A DNA stretch of 63,191 bases, counting the filler. It is 5 parts of 5 records of this genome, joined end to end, with 100 filler letters (N's around TTAATTAATTAA, not from the genome) between each part and the next. Parts side by side here need not be neighbours in the genome. Positions count along the whole stretch, not along the records: positions 16,690 to 41,828 come from SRR2962707_2561; positions 41,929 to 51,123 come from SRR2962707_2563; 3 more parts are not named here. One strand, given 5' to 3'. A model generated the notes under the pieces. That model saw only the letters and a program-made list of their open reading frames with translations, made no database searches and was not told the DNA's origin. The position numbers and the translations under genes are program-made. This document shows positions 39,966 through 48,929 of this stretch, in pieces; within the stretch, counting starts at the first letter, position 1, and each line of letters starts with the position of its first letter.

Positions 39966-40778
39966 TCAGCCGAACAGCTCCTGCAGTTTCTCACCCGGAT
40001 CTGGCGCGCGCATGAACGACTCACCCACCAGAAACCCGTAAATGCCCCGGCTGGTCATGGCCTCAACATCTGAACGGGTCATGATCCCGCTCTCGGTAAT
40101 GGTCAGTCGGTTTTCGGCAATCCGGTGGTGCAGTTCAAAGGTGGTGTCCAGCGACACCTCAAAATTGTGCAGATTTCGGTTGTTGATGCCTACCAGCGGC
40201 GTGCTCAGGGTAAGTGCATCGTCCAATTCCTCGCCATCATGCACCTCCACCAGCACATCCAGGCCAATCTCGTGGGCGATGCCCTCCAGTTCCTGCATCT
40301 GGTCTTTGGTCAGGCAGGCGGCAATCAGCAGAATGCAGTCGGCGCCAATGGCCCGGCTTTCATACACCTGATAGGGCGCCACCATGAAGTCCTTGCGGAT
40401 CACCGGCAGGCTGCAGGCCGCGCGGGCGGCTTTCAGGTAGTCTTCGTGGCCCTGGAAGAAATCTTGGTCGGTGAGCACTGACAAGCAAGCCGCACCGCCT
40501 TGTTCGTAGCTTTCGGCGATGCGTTCCGGTTCAAAGGGATCTCGCAGGATGCCTTTGCTGGGTGAAGCCTTCTTGATCTCGGCAATGACCGCTGGCCGCT
40601 GAGCTTCGATGCGGGTGCGCAGGGCATTGGCGAATCCACGCGCTGGAGCTTGATCGCCGGCCATGGCTTTCAGGTCTGCAATCGAAATCTTGGGCTTACG
40701 TTCATCAATTTCCCCCCATTTCCGATCAACGATTTTACGCAGGATGGTGGGAGTCTTATCCAAATGTCTGTCAGTCAT
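39966..40778 (-). CDS. trpC: Indole-3-glycerol phosphate synthase
   Basis: [39 protein letters not shown]. Confidence 0.97.
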   Translation of the reverse strand: MTDRHLDKTPTILRKIVDRKWGEIDERKPKISIADLKAMAGDQAPARGFANALRTRIEAQRPAVIAEIKKASPSKGILRDPFEPERIAESYEQGGAACLSVLTDQDFFQGHEDYLKAARAACSLPVIRKDFMVAPYQVYESRAIGADCILLIAACLTKDQMQELEGIAHEIGLDVLVEVHDGEELDDALTLSTPLVGINNRNLHNFEVSLDTTFELHHRIAENRLTITESGIMTRSDVEAMTSRGIYGFLVGESFMRAPDPGEKLQELFG

Positions 40779-40802
40779 AGCTGGCCCGTATAAAGTTTGC
40801 GA

Positions 40803-40912
40803 GAGCTGGTGAGGGAGCCTTTCCAAAACTGTCTTCAGCCATGGATGGCTGAAGTCAAGCCCTACAGGGACGTACTCGTGGGCGTGTTTTGGAAAGGCTC
40901 CCTCACCAGCTC
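40803..40912. repeat. 110-bp palindromic intergenic element (REP/MITE-like)
   Basis: Perfect 27-bp terminal IR (40803-40829/40886-40912) enclosing the hairpin CTTCAGCCAT-GG-ATGGCTGAAG and a second imperfect hairpin. Confidence 0.8.
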
Positions 40913-40940
40913 GTCCGGCTCCATCAAAAATAGGCCGGAA

Positions 40941-41828
40941 TTAGAAACACTGAGAAAAATCAGCCAGCTCCGACATCTTGCCAGCCGCTAAACCGGAACC
41001 CATGGCATCCAGTGCCATGTCGACGCCTTCTTTGGCGGTCTTGGCCAGGCCGGCGACATAAATGGCCGCGCCGGCGTTCAGCGCGATCATGTCGCGGGCT
41101 TTTTCGGTGGTTTCGTCGTGGTTGCGACCGAAAGCGGCCTTGATGAGTTTCAGGGATTCGTCGGAGGAATCCACCGTCAGGCCCACCAGCGACTGGCTCT
41201 TGAGGCCCAGGTCTTCCGGCGTCAGGTCGTATTCGGTGATTTCGCCATCCTTCAGTTCGGCAACATGGGTGACCGTGGCCAGACTGATTTCATCCAGGCC
41301 ATCCTTCGAGCAGACCACCATGATGTGTTCTGCGCCCAGGCGCTGCATGACTTCTGCCATCGGGCGGCACAGTTCCCTGGTGAACACGCCGATAAGCTGG
41401 CGAGTGACGCCGGCCGGATTGGTCATCGGGCCAAGAATATTAAAGATCGTCCGGCAACCCAGCTCCCGGCGCGGACCGATGGCGTGTTTCATGGCGCCGT
41501 GGTGGGCCGGCGCAAACATGAAGCCGACGCCGATCTGTTCGACGCAGCGGGCCACTTCCTCCGGCTTCATGTCCAGATTGATGCCGGCCTTTTCGATCAG
41601 GTCGGCGCTGCCGCTCTTGGACGATACGCCCCGGTTGCCGTGCTTGGCGACGAAGCCGCCGGCTGCGGCCACCACAAAGGAAGAGGCAGAGGAGACGTTG
41701 AACAGATTGGCACCATCGCCCCCGGTGCCGACGATATCCACCAGCGGGCTGGCGTTGATGCTGACCTTGGTGGCCAGTTCACGCATCACTTCGGTGGCGC
41801 CGGTGATTTCGTCGATGGTTTCGCTCTT
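40941..41828 (-). CDS. trpD: Anthranilate phosphoribosyltransferase (5' truncated)
   Basis: [35 protein letters not shown]. Confidence 0.97.
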   Translation of the reverse strand, partial: KSETIDEITGATEVMRELATKVSINASPLVDIVGTGGDGANLFNVSSASSFVVAAAGGFVAKHGNRGVSSKSGSADLIEKAGINLDMKPEEVARCVEQIGVGFMFAPAHHGAMKHAIGPRRELGCRTIFNILGPMTNPAGVTRQLIGVFTRELCRPMAEVMQRLGAEHIMVVCSKDGLDEISLATVTHVAELKDGEITEYDLTPEDLGLKSQSLVGLTVDSSDESLKLIKAAFGRNHDETTEKARDMIALNAGAAIYVAGLAKTAKEGVDMALDAMGSGLAAGKMSELADFSQCF

Positions 41829-41928
41829 NNNNNNNNNNNNNNNNNNNNNNNNNNNNNNNNNNNNNNNNNNNNTTAATTAATTAANNNNNNNNNNNNNNNN
41901 NNNNNNNNNNNNNNNNNNNNNNNNNNNN
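41829..41928. other. Artificial contig spacer
   Basis: N-run + TTAATTAATTAA + N-run. Confidence 0.99.
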
Positions 41929-42078
41929 GAACAGTGGGGCAAGCTGACCGATGACGATCTCGACGTGATCTCGGGAAAGCGTGAGCAGCTCGAAGGAAAG
42001 ATCCAGGAGCGCTATGGCAAGTCGAAAGACGAAGCCAAGCAAGAGGTCGATACCTGGTTCGACCGGAACGGCTGGTAA
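41929..42078 (+). CDS. CsbD/YjbJ family stress protein (5' truncated; absent from ORF track)
   Basis: Translates EQWGKLTDDDLDVISGKREQLEGKIQERYGKSKDEAKQEVDTW... Confidence 0.9.
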   Translation, partial: EQWGKLTDDDLDVISGKREQLEGKIQERYGKSKDEAKQEVDTWFDRNGW

Positions 42079-42101
42079 GCCTTCCCCATGCCATATAAAG
42101 C

Positions 42102-42132
42102 AAAGGCGGCACCCGCGGGTGCCGCTTTTTTT
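42102..42132. terminator. Rho-independent terminator between convergent csbD and GST
   Basis: GCGGCACCC-GC-GGGTGCCGC followed by T7. Confidence 0.85.
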
Positions 42133-42134
42133 GG

Positions 42135-42842
42135 TTACTTAGCGCGTTGATTAAAAAGCACTTTCTGGGCTTCCTTGTCGTCGGCGAGGTTCATCTGCTG
42201 ATCCTCGGGCAGTTTGACGGCGAGGCCACGCTCCACCGCAGGGCGGGCCTTGAGGCGGTCCTGCCAGGCGGCGACGTTGGGGAATTCCTTGAGGTCCATG
42301 CCCTGCTTTTCCCAGCCCAAAGACCAGCTCAGCGAGGCGATGTCGGCGATGGAGTACTCGCCGGCAATGTAATCCTGACCTTCAAGCTGCTTGTTGAGCA
42401 CGCCATAGAGACGGTGCGTCTCGTTTACATAGCGATCGATCGCATATTGAATTTTTTCAGGCGCATATTGCTTGAAATGATGGTTCTGACCGAGCATCGG
42501 GCCGAAACCGCCCATCTGCCAAAACAACCATTCGTCCACTTCTACCCTGGTGCGCGGGTCACGGGGATAAAATCTGTCGAACTTTTCGGCGAGATATTTG
42601 AGGATCGCGGCGGATTCGAACACTGAAATGGGCGCTCCGCCGGGGCCTTCGGGATCGACAATGGCCGGGATCTTGTTGTTTGGCGAAATGGCCAGAAACT
42701 CGGGCTTGAACTGATCGCCCTTGCCGATGTGGATGGCGTGAACGGTGTAAGGAACGCCCAATTCCTCGAGCATTATCGAGACCTTATGCCCGTTGGGGGT
42801 GGGGAAATAGTAAAGCTCGATGGGCGCTGTCTGCTCGGGCAT
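42135..42842 (-). CDS. GST family disulfide-bond oxidoreductase (YfcG/Nu class)
   Basis: TPNGHKV, SPNNKIPAI, FESAAIL, WLFWQMGGFGPMLGQNHHF. Confidence 0.92.
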   Translation of the reverse strand: MPEQTAPIELYYFPTPNGHKVSIMLEELGVPYTVHAIHIGKGDQFKPEFLAISPNNKIPAIVDPEGPGGAPISVFESAAILKYLAEKFDRFYPRDPRTRVEVDEWLFWQMGGFGPMLGQNHHFKQYAPEKIQYAIDRYVNETHRLYGVLNKQLEGQDYIAGEYSIADIASLSWSLGWEKQGMDLKEFPNVAAWQDRLKARPAVERGLAVKLPEDQQMNLADDKEAQKVLFNQRAK

Positions 42843-42922
42843 GGGAAATCCGTTTATTTGACTTTGGGTGGGGTGAACGGCACTTCATCGTAGTTCGCCG
42901 ATGAACGCAAGGCCCGGCATGG

Positions 42923-42952
42923 AAAAACCGGGACGCTGAGGGGCGCCCCGGT
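42923..42952 (-). terminator. Rho-independent terminator of the glyoxalase-superfamily gene
   Basis: Minus strand ACCGGGGCGC-CCCTCA-GCGTCCCGGT followed by T4. Confidence 0.75.
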
Positions 42953-42957
42953 CTGTT

Positions 42958-43404
42958 TCAGGCTCCTGCGAGAACCATGTGCGGCTGGCCGTCGCTGGTC
43001 CGCGAGAGTGAGACACCGTCACGATTGACGGTGGCATCGACCCTCTGGCGGAAGGCGGAAAAGCTATCGAAAGCAACGACATCGACCGGCTCATCGAACT
43101 GGATGGTCAGGCGGAACATCTCCCCTGCCCCCAGCGCCTGGACGCCGATGATGGTGCCGGTGAAGGGCTGCTTGAGATAGGTTCCGGCGACCTGCTGGCT
43201 GACGGCATAGGCCGGGCCGCGAGTGACGGGAAGCACGCCGGAGGCCGTATTCCAGTCCCGGAAACCGTGAAATCTCGCAACCATTTCAAGGGCTTGCGAT
43301 TGGGTTATGGATCGACCGGCGTCGAGCTGGGCGGCACGATACTGGCGCGCCTCGGTCTTGAGGTCGGTCGTGGTCAGATGGGATGCAGGTTTACGCATCG
43401 TCAT
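42958..43404 (-). CDS. 'Glyoxalase superfamily' (Glyoxalase_8-like) small protein with a C-terminal beta-rich domain
   Basis: LKTEARQYRAA...ITQSQALEMVARFHGFRDWNTA; GGAG RBS before ATG 43404/43398, so the 43533 start in the ORF track is probably too long. Confidence 0.75.
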   Translation of the reverse strand: MTMRKPASHLTTTDLKTEARQYRAAQLDAGRSITQSQALEMVARFHGFRDWNTASGVLPVTRGPAYAVSQQVAGTYLKQPFTGTIIGVQALGAGEMFRLTIQFDEPVDVVAFDSFSAFRQRVDATVNRDGVSLSRTSDGQPHMVLAGA

Positions 43405-43570
43405 AGTCTCCACGGCGGAATTTTCGTCTTGGGAGCCCGCATTGCCAAGCACCGCCAATGGGTTGGGACGATGTTTGCTGGTTCGCGCGGCCCGGAAACC
43501 CGGGTTGGCGTGGAAGACTTCACCGTAAGGCATGTGCCCTTGCGGACGGCAGGCGCTTCAACCAAGCGCT
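43405..43570 (-). ncRNA. Candidate structured 5' leader RNA (about 170 nt)
   Basis: At least four hairpins between a TTGACA-17-TATCTC promoter and the RBS (see findings). Confidence 0.5.
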
Positions 43571-43599
43571 GAGATAAGTACGCTGCGACGCTTTGTCAA
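43571..43599 (-). promoter_or_regulatory. sigma70-type promoter
   Basis: TTGACA (43599-43594), 17 nt, TATCTC. Confidence 0.65.
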
Positions 43600-43673
43600 T
43601 ATGGGCAACAATGGCGGCAAAAACTATGGACTTGTGCGTTCGGGAGCCACAGATTGCAAAATATTGTGGGTAT

Positions 43674-44453
43674 GTGGGATTCCTGAAATTGACGTTTGTA
43701 TTGCTGTTCGCCGCCGGCTTGCTCGGCGGGATGATAAATTCGCTCGCCGGTGGCGGCTCTTTTGTGATTTTTCCGGCGCTTCTGTTTGCCGGGGTGCCTC
43801 CGGTGCTCGCCAATGCGTCGAACACTTATGCATGCCTGCCCGGCTATGTGACCGGGGCGATCGGCTACTGGAAGCATATCGCGCCGCACAAGGGGCGGCT
43901 GGCCCTATATTGCGCGCTGGGGCTGGTGGGGGGATATCTGGGCGCCGAGGCGCTGATGCGGATTTCGGACGAAATGTTCGCCGGGATCATCCCCTGGCTG
44001 ATGGCGTTCGCCGTGGCGATCTATATTTTCGGGCAGCGGATCAACCGGTTCTTTGCGGCGCGCTCGGTGGGCTCGCAACGCGCGGCGCGGGCCGGCGCGG
44101 CCGGGCTGTCGGCGCTGCTGCTGGCCATCAGCTTTTATGGCGGGTTCTTTAACGCGGGGCTGGGGATCGTGCTTCTGGCGTGGCTGGCGCTGGCCGGGTT
44201 CGAGGACGTTCATGCGATGAACGGGCTGAAGCTGCTGATCTCGTCGGTGATCTCGGTGGTGGCCGTTATGCGGTTCGCCGCGACCGGATCGATCGCCTGG
44301 GTCGAAGGCAGCGTGGCGCTGGCGGGGGCGATGGTCGGCGGGTTCGCGGCGGCGTATTTTTCCCATCTCGTGCCGGCCAAGGTGATCCGGGGGTTTGTGA
44401 TTGTGTATGGCGTGGGGCTGACGGGGTATTTTTTCTGGGGGGTTTATGGGTAG
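43674..44453 (+). CDS. Sulfite exporter TauE/SafE family membrane protein
   Basis: GGMINSLAGGGSF, PPVLANASNT, FYGGFFNAGLGI, MNGLK; start approximate. Confidence 0.9.
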   Translation: MGFLKLTFVLLFAAGLLGGMINSLAGGGSFVIFPALLFAGVPPVLANASNTYACLPGYVTGAIGYWKHIAPHKGRLALYCALGLVGGYLGAEALMRISDEMFAGIIPWLMAFAVAIYIFGQRINRFFAARSVGSQRAARAGAAGLSALLLAISFYGGFFNAGLGIVLLAWLALAGFEDVHAMNGLKLLISSVISVVAVMRFAATGSIAWVEGSVALAGAMVGGFAAAYFSHLVPAKVIRGFVIVYGVGLTGYFFWGVYG

Positions 44454-44520
44454 GGATCGTTGACGGTGTCGGGCCTTAGAGGGTGTTGCGGTAATCGCGT
44501 CAGGAGCGTCAGGATAGTAC

Positions 44521-45129
44521 CTAGTTTATGCGTCGGTTCACGAGATGTCTCACCTCGGTTTTTGGGTCGGCCATTATCTGCCGATCGCCACGATACTTCT
44601 CACACGCACGCCGCAGTCGACGCTTCTGCTCAACTCGATCGTTTTCTCCGATGTCAGGAAATATCCTTCGATACGGATGCTTATCCACCTCCGGCGCCAG
44701 CTTCTCTTCATTGATAGCGAAATACCAAACTTGAATCACCTGCGCCTCTATGGGCAGCACCCCCGTCAGCGCCTGGTAATCATGCCATCCTTCCCATATC
44801 ACGGTGTCGTTTTGCACATCGCTGAAGCTCCCTAAAAGGTCGCCGTCCTCACGCACGGTCTTTTTGTCCTGCTCGTAGAAATGTTTCATCGCGTTCCAAT
44901 ACTGGTTTCGCAAACGAACTACTTTTCCAAGCTTCATGTCTGGCTGGAGCTTCAGCACCAGTGCAGACAAAACCTCGACATTTTTGACCTGGCCAACTCC
45001 ATCCAAAAGTTCGCACGCACCGCAAGCCAGAGCATGAACTGAGATCGGATCCCTATCTTTGAGGAATAGCTCTGTCGCCGTACCAAGTTGAGCGCGCGCT
45101 ATGTCGATCTTGAGCTGATGGATGTCCAT
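44521..45129 (-). CDS. Hypothetical protein (lower GC than flanks)
   Basis: 202-aa ORF with GAGGAA RBS; N-terminal K-x3-A-x2-QL...D-x2-SVHAL pattern; no family recognised with certainty. Confidence 0.7.
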   Translation of the reverse strand: MDIHQLKIDIARAQLGTATELFLKDRDPISVHALACGACELLDGVGQVKNVEVLSALVLKLQPDMKLGKVVRLRNQYWNAMKHFYEQDKKTVREDGDLLGSFSDVQNDTVIWEGWHDYQALTGVLPIEAQVIQVWYFAINEEKLAPEVDKHPYRRIFPDIGENDRVEQKRRLRRACEKYRGDRQIMADPKTEVRHLVNRRIN

Positions 45130-45309
45130 GTCGTTTCCTCTTTCGGCCGGGGAAGGCTAACCCACTTGCAGCGCAAGTTTTTCGAATAAGGTTGGCCACT
45201 TTCGGATTTCATAACCGAATTGCGACGTGGGTTGGCAACGGAAAAGACATTTCCCCCACTCGCCTCATTACGGCCCACGCCCGTATGCCGAGCGCCGTTT
45301 TGCCTCTGT

Positions 45310-45522
45310 GGGTCCCCGGGTCGGCCCCGGGATGACGGTGGGGGGCTGCCGGGGGTTGAGTTCCTGCGGTTCTCGGGGGCTCCCGATTGCAAGACACAGG
45401 GAGCGGGAGGATTTTGAAGTGTTGGCTGGCGCTACATCTTCGGTGAACGCAGACACTTAGCGGGTCCCCGGGTCAAGCCCGAGGACGACGAAGGATTTGA
45501 AGGGTCGAGCCCGAGGACGACG
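45310..45522 (+). repeat. Three direct copies of an alphaproteobacterial REP/RPE-like palindromic half-unit
   Basis: GGGTCCCCGGGTCGGCCCCGGGATGACG (45310), GGGTCCCCGGGTCAAGCCCGAGGACGACG (45462), GGGTCGAGCCCGAGGACGACG (45502). Confidence 0.7.
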
Positions 45523-45576
45523 AGGGAATTGAAAGGTGGCGTTGAGCGGGAAATGTGGTTCGGGGTTGTGGGCCCC

Positions 45577-46644
45577 CTACTCCTCCGGCGGCGCCAGCAG
45601 CATTTCATCCAGCACTTCGGCGGCGCACTGGTTGGTGAGGTCGCTCAGCGCGATGTCCTGTTCGGGGGTGCGCTGGGGGGATTCGAGCATGGGCCAGAGG
45701 TTGTCGGCTTCGATGCTGTTTAGCGTGCAGGCGCAGTAGGCGGTGCAGTAGGCGGCGTCGGGGGCGGATTGGATGCAGCTCGACTGGCAGCTTGAGAGGA
45801 AGTTTTCGGCGCGGCGGGTTTCGCTGATGCCGGTGAGGGACGCGATGCCCATCAGGATGCCGATGAGAATGGGCTGGTGCAGGACGTAGATGACGAGGCT
45901 CCAGCGGCCCAGTTTTGCCAGAACGCGGGAGGGCGCTGAGGTGCCTTTGAACCGGGCAATGCGGGTGGCGACGCTGGCGCCCTCTGAGGGGTCGATGTCT
46001 GGTCGGGCGGTCGCACCGGGAAGGTCTGCGGCTTTTTCCGGTCGCACGCTAGTGGCAAGCGCCCAGCGGGTGGCGGCGATGCCGAGGAGGGCGACGCCGA
46101 ACCAGGGGAAGATGGGGACCAGATCTTCAGTGGGGGGCGGCGCGTCCCAAAGGCCGATCCATGACCAGAGTTTTTCGCCAAACAGCGGGTTTTGGATGAA
46201 CAGTTGCAGGCCGATGAGGATGATGGCCAGCCCGATGATGAGGATGAGCGGCGCTGTGAGGAAGGCCAGCCCCAAAAGGGAAAAGAGGGCTATGGCGTGC
46301 AGGACGCCGAAATAAACAAAGGTGCCGGGATTGAACGCGTAGGTGCCCGCAGAGATGAGGAGCGCGGCGCCAAGGATCATCGCAAAGCGGCGCCAGAAGG
46401 GGCGCCAGCGGATGGCTTCGCCATGGCCGAGGACGAGGGACACGCCGGTCAAAAAGATGAAGGTGCCGACGATGGACTTCTGGAAGATCACCCAGGGGAG
46501 AGACTGGGTGGGGTCGAAATCGACAAAGCCGAGGAAGGCCAGATCCCATGAGAAATGATAGATAATCATCGCGACGATGGCGACGCCGCGCGCGACGTCG
46601 ATGGCGGCGATGCGCGGGCGGGATGCGGGGGCGATGGACGTCAT
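45577..46644 (-). CDS. DUF1624 / heparan-alpha-glucosaminide N-acetyltransferase-like membrane protein
   Basis: RIAAIDVARGVAI, YHFSWDL, YFGVLHAI, DLVPIFPW, GRWSLVIYVLHQP; Cys-rich C-terminal extension. Confidence 0.88.
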   Translation of the reverse strand: MTSIAPASRPRIAAIDVARGVAIVAMIIYHFSWDLAFLGFVDFDPTQSLPWVIFQKSIVGTFIFLTGVSLVLGHGEAIRWRPFWRRFAMILGAALLISAGTYAFNPGTFVYFGVLHAIALFSLLGLAFLTAPLILIIGLAIILIGLQLFIQNPLFGEKLWSWIGLWDAPPPTEDLVPIFPWFGVALLGIAATRWALATSVRPEKAADLPGATARPDIDPSEGASVATRIARFKGTSAPSRVLAKLGRWSLVIYVLHQPILIGILMGIASLTGISETRRAENFLSSCQSSCIQSAPDAAYCTAYCACTLNSIEADNLWPMLESPQRTPEQDIALSDLTNQCAAEVLDEMLLAPPEE

Positions 46645-48740
46645 GCAGCGGAGGCCCGGACCCAGACGGCGGCATCGTGGAAGGCAGCGCCGCCGAAGGG
46701 TTTGACCGGATCGGAGCCGATCAGGGTATTGATGCCCCTGCCCTTTCGATGCGCCTTGTGCGGGTGCAGCCCCTCGGCGACGACGACGCCGGTGCGCAAC
46801 CCGTTGAACAGGCGCAAGGTCAGCTCCACGCTGCCGCGGTGATTGCCGATGGTGACGGGGGCGCCGTCTTGCAGCGCCAGCCGGGCGGCATCTTCGGGGT
46901 GCATGAGCAAGGACGGGGTTCCTTCGCGCTTCTGGCTGCCGGGTGTTTCCCCGAAGGTGGAATTGAGGAAGGTGCGGGCCGGCGAGGTGGTGAGCCGGAA
47001 CGGGACAGTTTCGGAGGTCGGCTCGTTCCAGTTCATGAAATCGACCATGGCGGGCATTTCGGACGGGTCACAGACCCATTCGACGCCGCGCTTGATGCGG
47101 GTGGCTTCCCAATCGGGCTTGAAGCGGAACTTGCCGTCGGGCCAGGCAAAGCCATCGGCGTAGCGGGATTTGTCGTCCGGCAAAGCGCGGTCCACGAAGC
47201 CGGAGGCGGCTTCGATTTCGTCGAGATCGCCATAGCCGGAGCGCGAGAAGGTTTCGGCGACCATCTCCCTGTCGGTTTTTTGGGTGACGGCATCGGGCGC
47301 CCCTACCCGTTTGGCGATCTCGTTGATGACGAAATGGTTGGGCATCGCCTCGCCGGGGGCATCGACGATTTTCGGGCCGTAGAGGACGCGGGTGTGGCCG
47401 CCGCGGGTGTAATAATCGTTGTGTTCGACAAACATGGTGGCGGGCAAAACGATATCGGCCATCTGGGCGGTTTCGGTCATGAACTGCTCGTGGACGACGG
47501 TGAAGAGGTCCTCGCGCTCGAACCCCTGACGGGTCAGGGAGTGATCGGGGGTGACGACCATGGGGTTGGTGTTCTGGATCAGGAGCGCCTTGACCGGAGC
47601 ACCGCCCTTTAAGGCTTCGGGATCGCCGGTGAGGATGGGGCCGATGCGGCACATGTCGAGCTCGCGCACGCGGGATTTTTTGAGCGCGGCGCCGGTGATC
47701 TGGGATTTATCGAGCCCCCAGGTGCCCGAGTTTGAATGGAAGGCGCCGCCGCCGCGATATTTCCACGCGCCCAACATCGTGGGGATCGAGAGCGCAGCGT
47801 GCATGTTGAGCGCGCCATTGCGCTGGCGGGAAAAGCCATAGCCGAGGCGGAAATAGGCGCGCGGGTTTTCGCCAACCAGATGGGCGAAGGCTTCGATTTC
47901 GGCGGGGTCGAGGCCGGTGATCTCGGCGGCCCATTGCGGGGTTTTTGCCGCAAGATGTGATTCAAGGGATGAATCGAAGTCCGTGTGGGAGCTGAGAAAA
48001 TCGCGGTCGGCGAGGTTGTCGCGCAAAAGCACGTGCATGATGGCGAGCGCCAGCGCGCCATCGGTGCCAGGGCGGATGAGCAGCGCCATATCGGCCTGCT
48101 CCATGGTGGCGGTGCGGTAGATATCGATGACGACGAGCTTTGCGCCGCGCTCCTTGCGGGCGCGGATGGCGTGGGTCATGACGTTGATCTGGGTGTTGAC
48201 CGGATTGGTGCCCCAGATGATTACGCAGTCGCTCTCGGCCATCTGCTCGGGATTGGGGCCGGTGAGAAGCCCGGTGCCGGCGATATAGCCGGTCCACGAG
48301 ATCATCACGCAGATTGTGTCGTATTGCTCGGAGTAGCCCTTGGCGTTGCGCAGGCGGTTTATGCCGTCGCGGTGAACATGGCCCATGGTGCCGGCGTAGT
48401 AGTAGGGCCAGATGGATTCGGGGCCGTGCTCGGCTTCGATTTGCAGGAAGCGGGTGCCGATTTCATCGAGCGCTTCGTCCCAGGAGATTCGCTGGAACTG
48501 TCCCGAGCCCTTGGGGCCGGTGCGGCGGAGGGGATAGAGGACCCTGTCGGGGTGGTTGGCCCGTTCGGCATAGCGGGCGACCTTCTCGCAGATGATGCCG
48601 GCCGTATAGGGGTCGTCCTTGGCGCCGCGCACGCGGCCGATGATGCCGGTCTCCAGCACTTCGATATCGAGGGCGCAGGTCGAGGGGCAATCGTGGGGGC
48701 AGACGGTGCGGGCGGTGCGCAGGACGAGTGGCTTGGTCAT
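46641..48740 (-). CDS. Molybdopterin-dependent oxidoreductase (DMSO reductase family) with N-terminal [4Fe-4S] motif
   Basis: CPHDCPSTC...C, RISWDEAL, WGTNP, RPGTDGAL, ADIVLPAT, C-terminal MHPEDA domain. Confidence 0.92.
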   Translation of the reverse strand: MTKPLVLRTARTVCPHDCPSTCALDIEVLETGIIGRVRGAKDDPYTAGIICEKVARYAERANHPDRVLYPLRRTGPKGSGQFQRISWDEALDEIGTRFLQIEAEHGPESIWPYYYAGTMGHVHRDGINRLRNAKGYSEQYDTICVMISWTGYIAGTGLLTGPNPEQMAESDCVIIWGTNPVNTQINVMTHAIRARKERGAKLVVIDIYRTATMEQADMALLIRPGTDGALALAIMHVLLRDNLADRDFLSSHTDFDSSLESHLAAKTPQWAAEITGLDPAEIEAFAHLVGENPRAYFRLGYGFSRQRNGALNMHAALSIPTMLGAWKYRGGGAFHSNSGTWGLDKSQITGAALKKSRVRELDMCRIGPILTGDPEALKGGAPVKALLIQNTNPMVVTPDHSLTRQGFEREDLFTVVHEQFMTETAQMADIVLPATMFVEHNDYYTRGGHTRVLYGPKIVDAPGEAMPNHFVINEIAKRVGAPDAVTQKTDREMVAETFSRSGYGDLDEIEAASGFVDRALPDDKSRYADGFAWPDGKFRFKPDWEATRIKRGVEWVCDPSEMPAMVDFMNWNEPTSETVPFRLTTSPARTFLNSTFGETPGSQKREGTPSLLMHPEDAARLALQDGAPVTIGNHRGSVELTLRLFNGLRTGVVVAEGLHPHKAHRKGRGINTLIGSDPVKPFGGAAFHDAAVWVRASAA

Positions 48741-48811
48741 TCAGATCAGGTTCATTGTGGAGATGGCCATAGTAGGGCGGATCGGGGCTGGTGTCAGCCG
48801 CTTGCGGCCAA

Positions 48812-48834
48812 GTTGCAACACCTTGTTTTGCAAC
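48812..48834. promoter_or_regulatory. Palindromic operator candidate between divergent genes
   Basis: GTTGCAA-N9-TTGCAAC. Confidence 0.4.
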
Positions 48835-48929
48835 GGCACTTGTCCCGGAATAATCACATTCGGGCGTCACCATCGCCCGGAGAGCGGGGGCTCACTTGTC
48901 TATAGACCCAATAAGGAGGGTAACCCCCC

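Noticed and set aside
3564-42842. Five GST genes as a single detoxification system
   Set aside because: They lie on three unrelated contigs and belong to different GST classes.
45310-45522. CRISPR array
   Set aside because: Repeats are degenerate and unevenly spaced, and there are no cas genes; they fit REP-like elements better.
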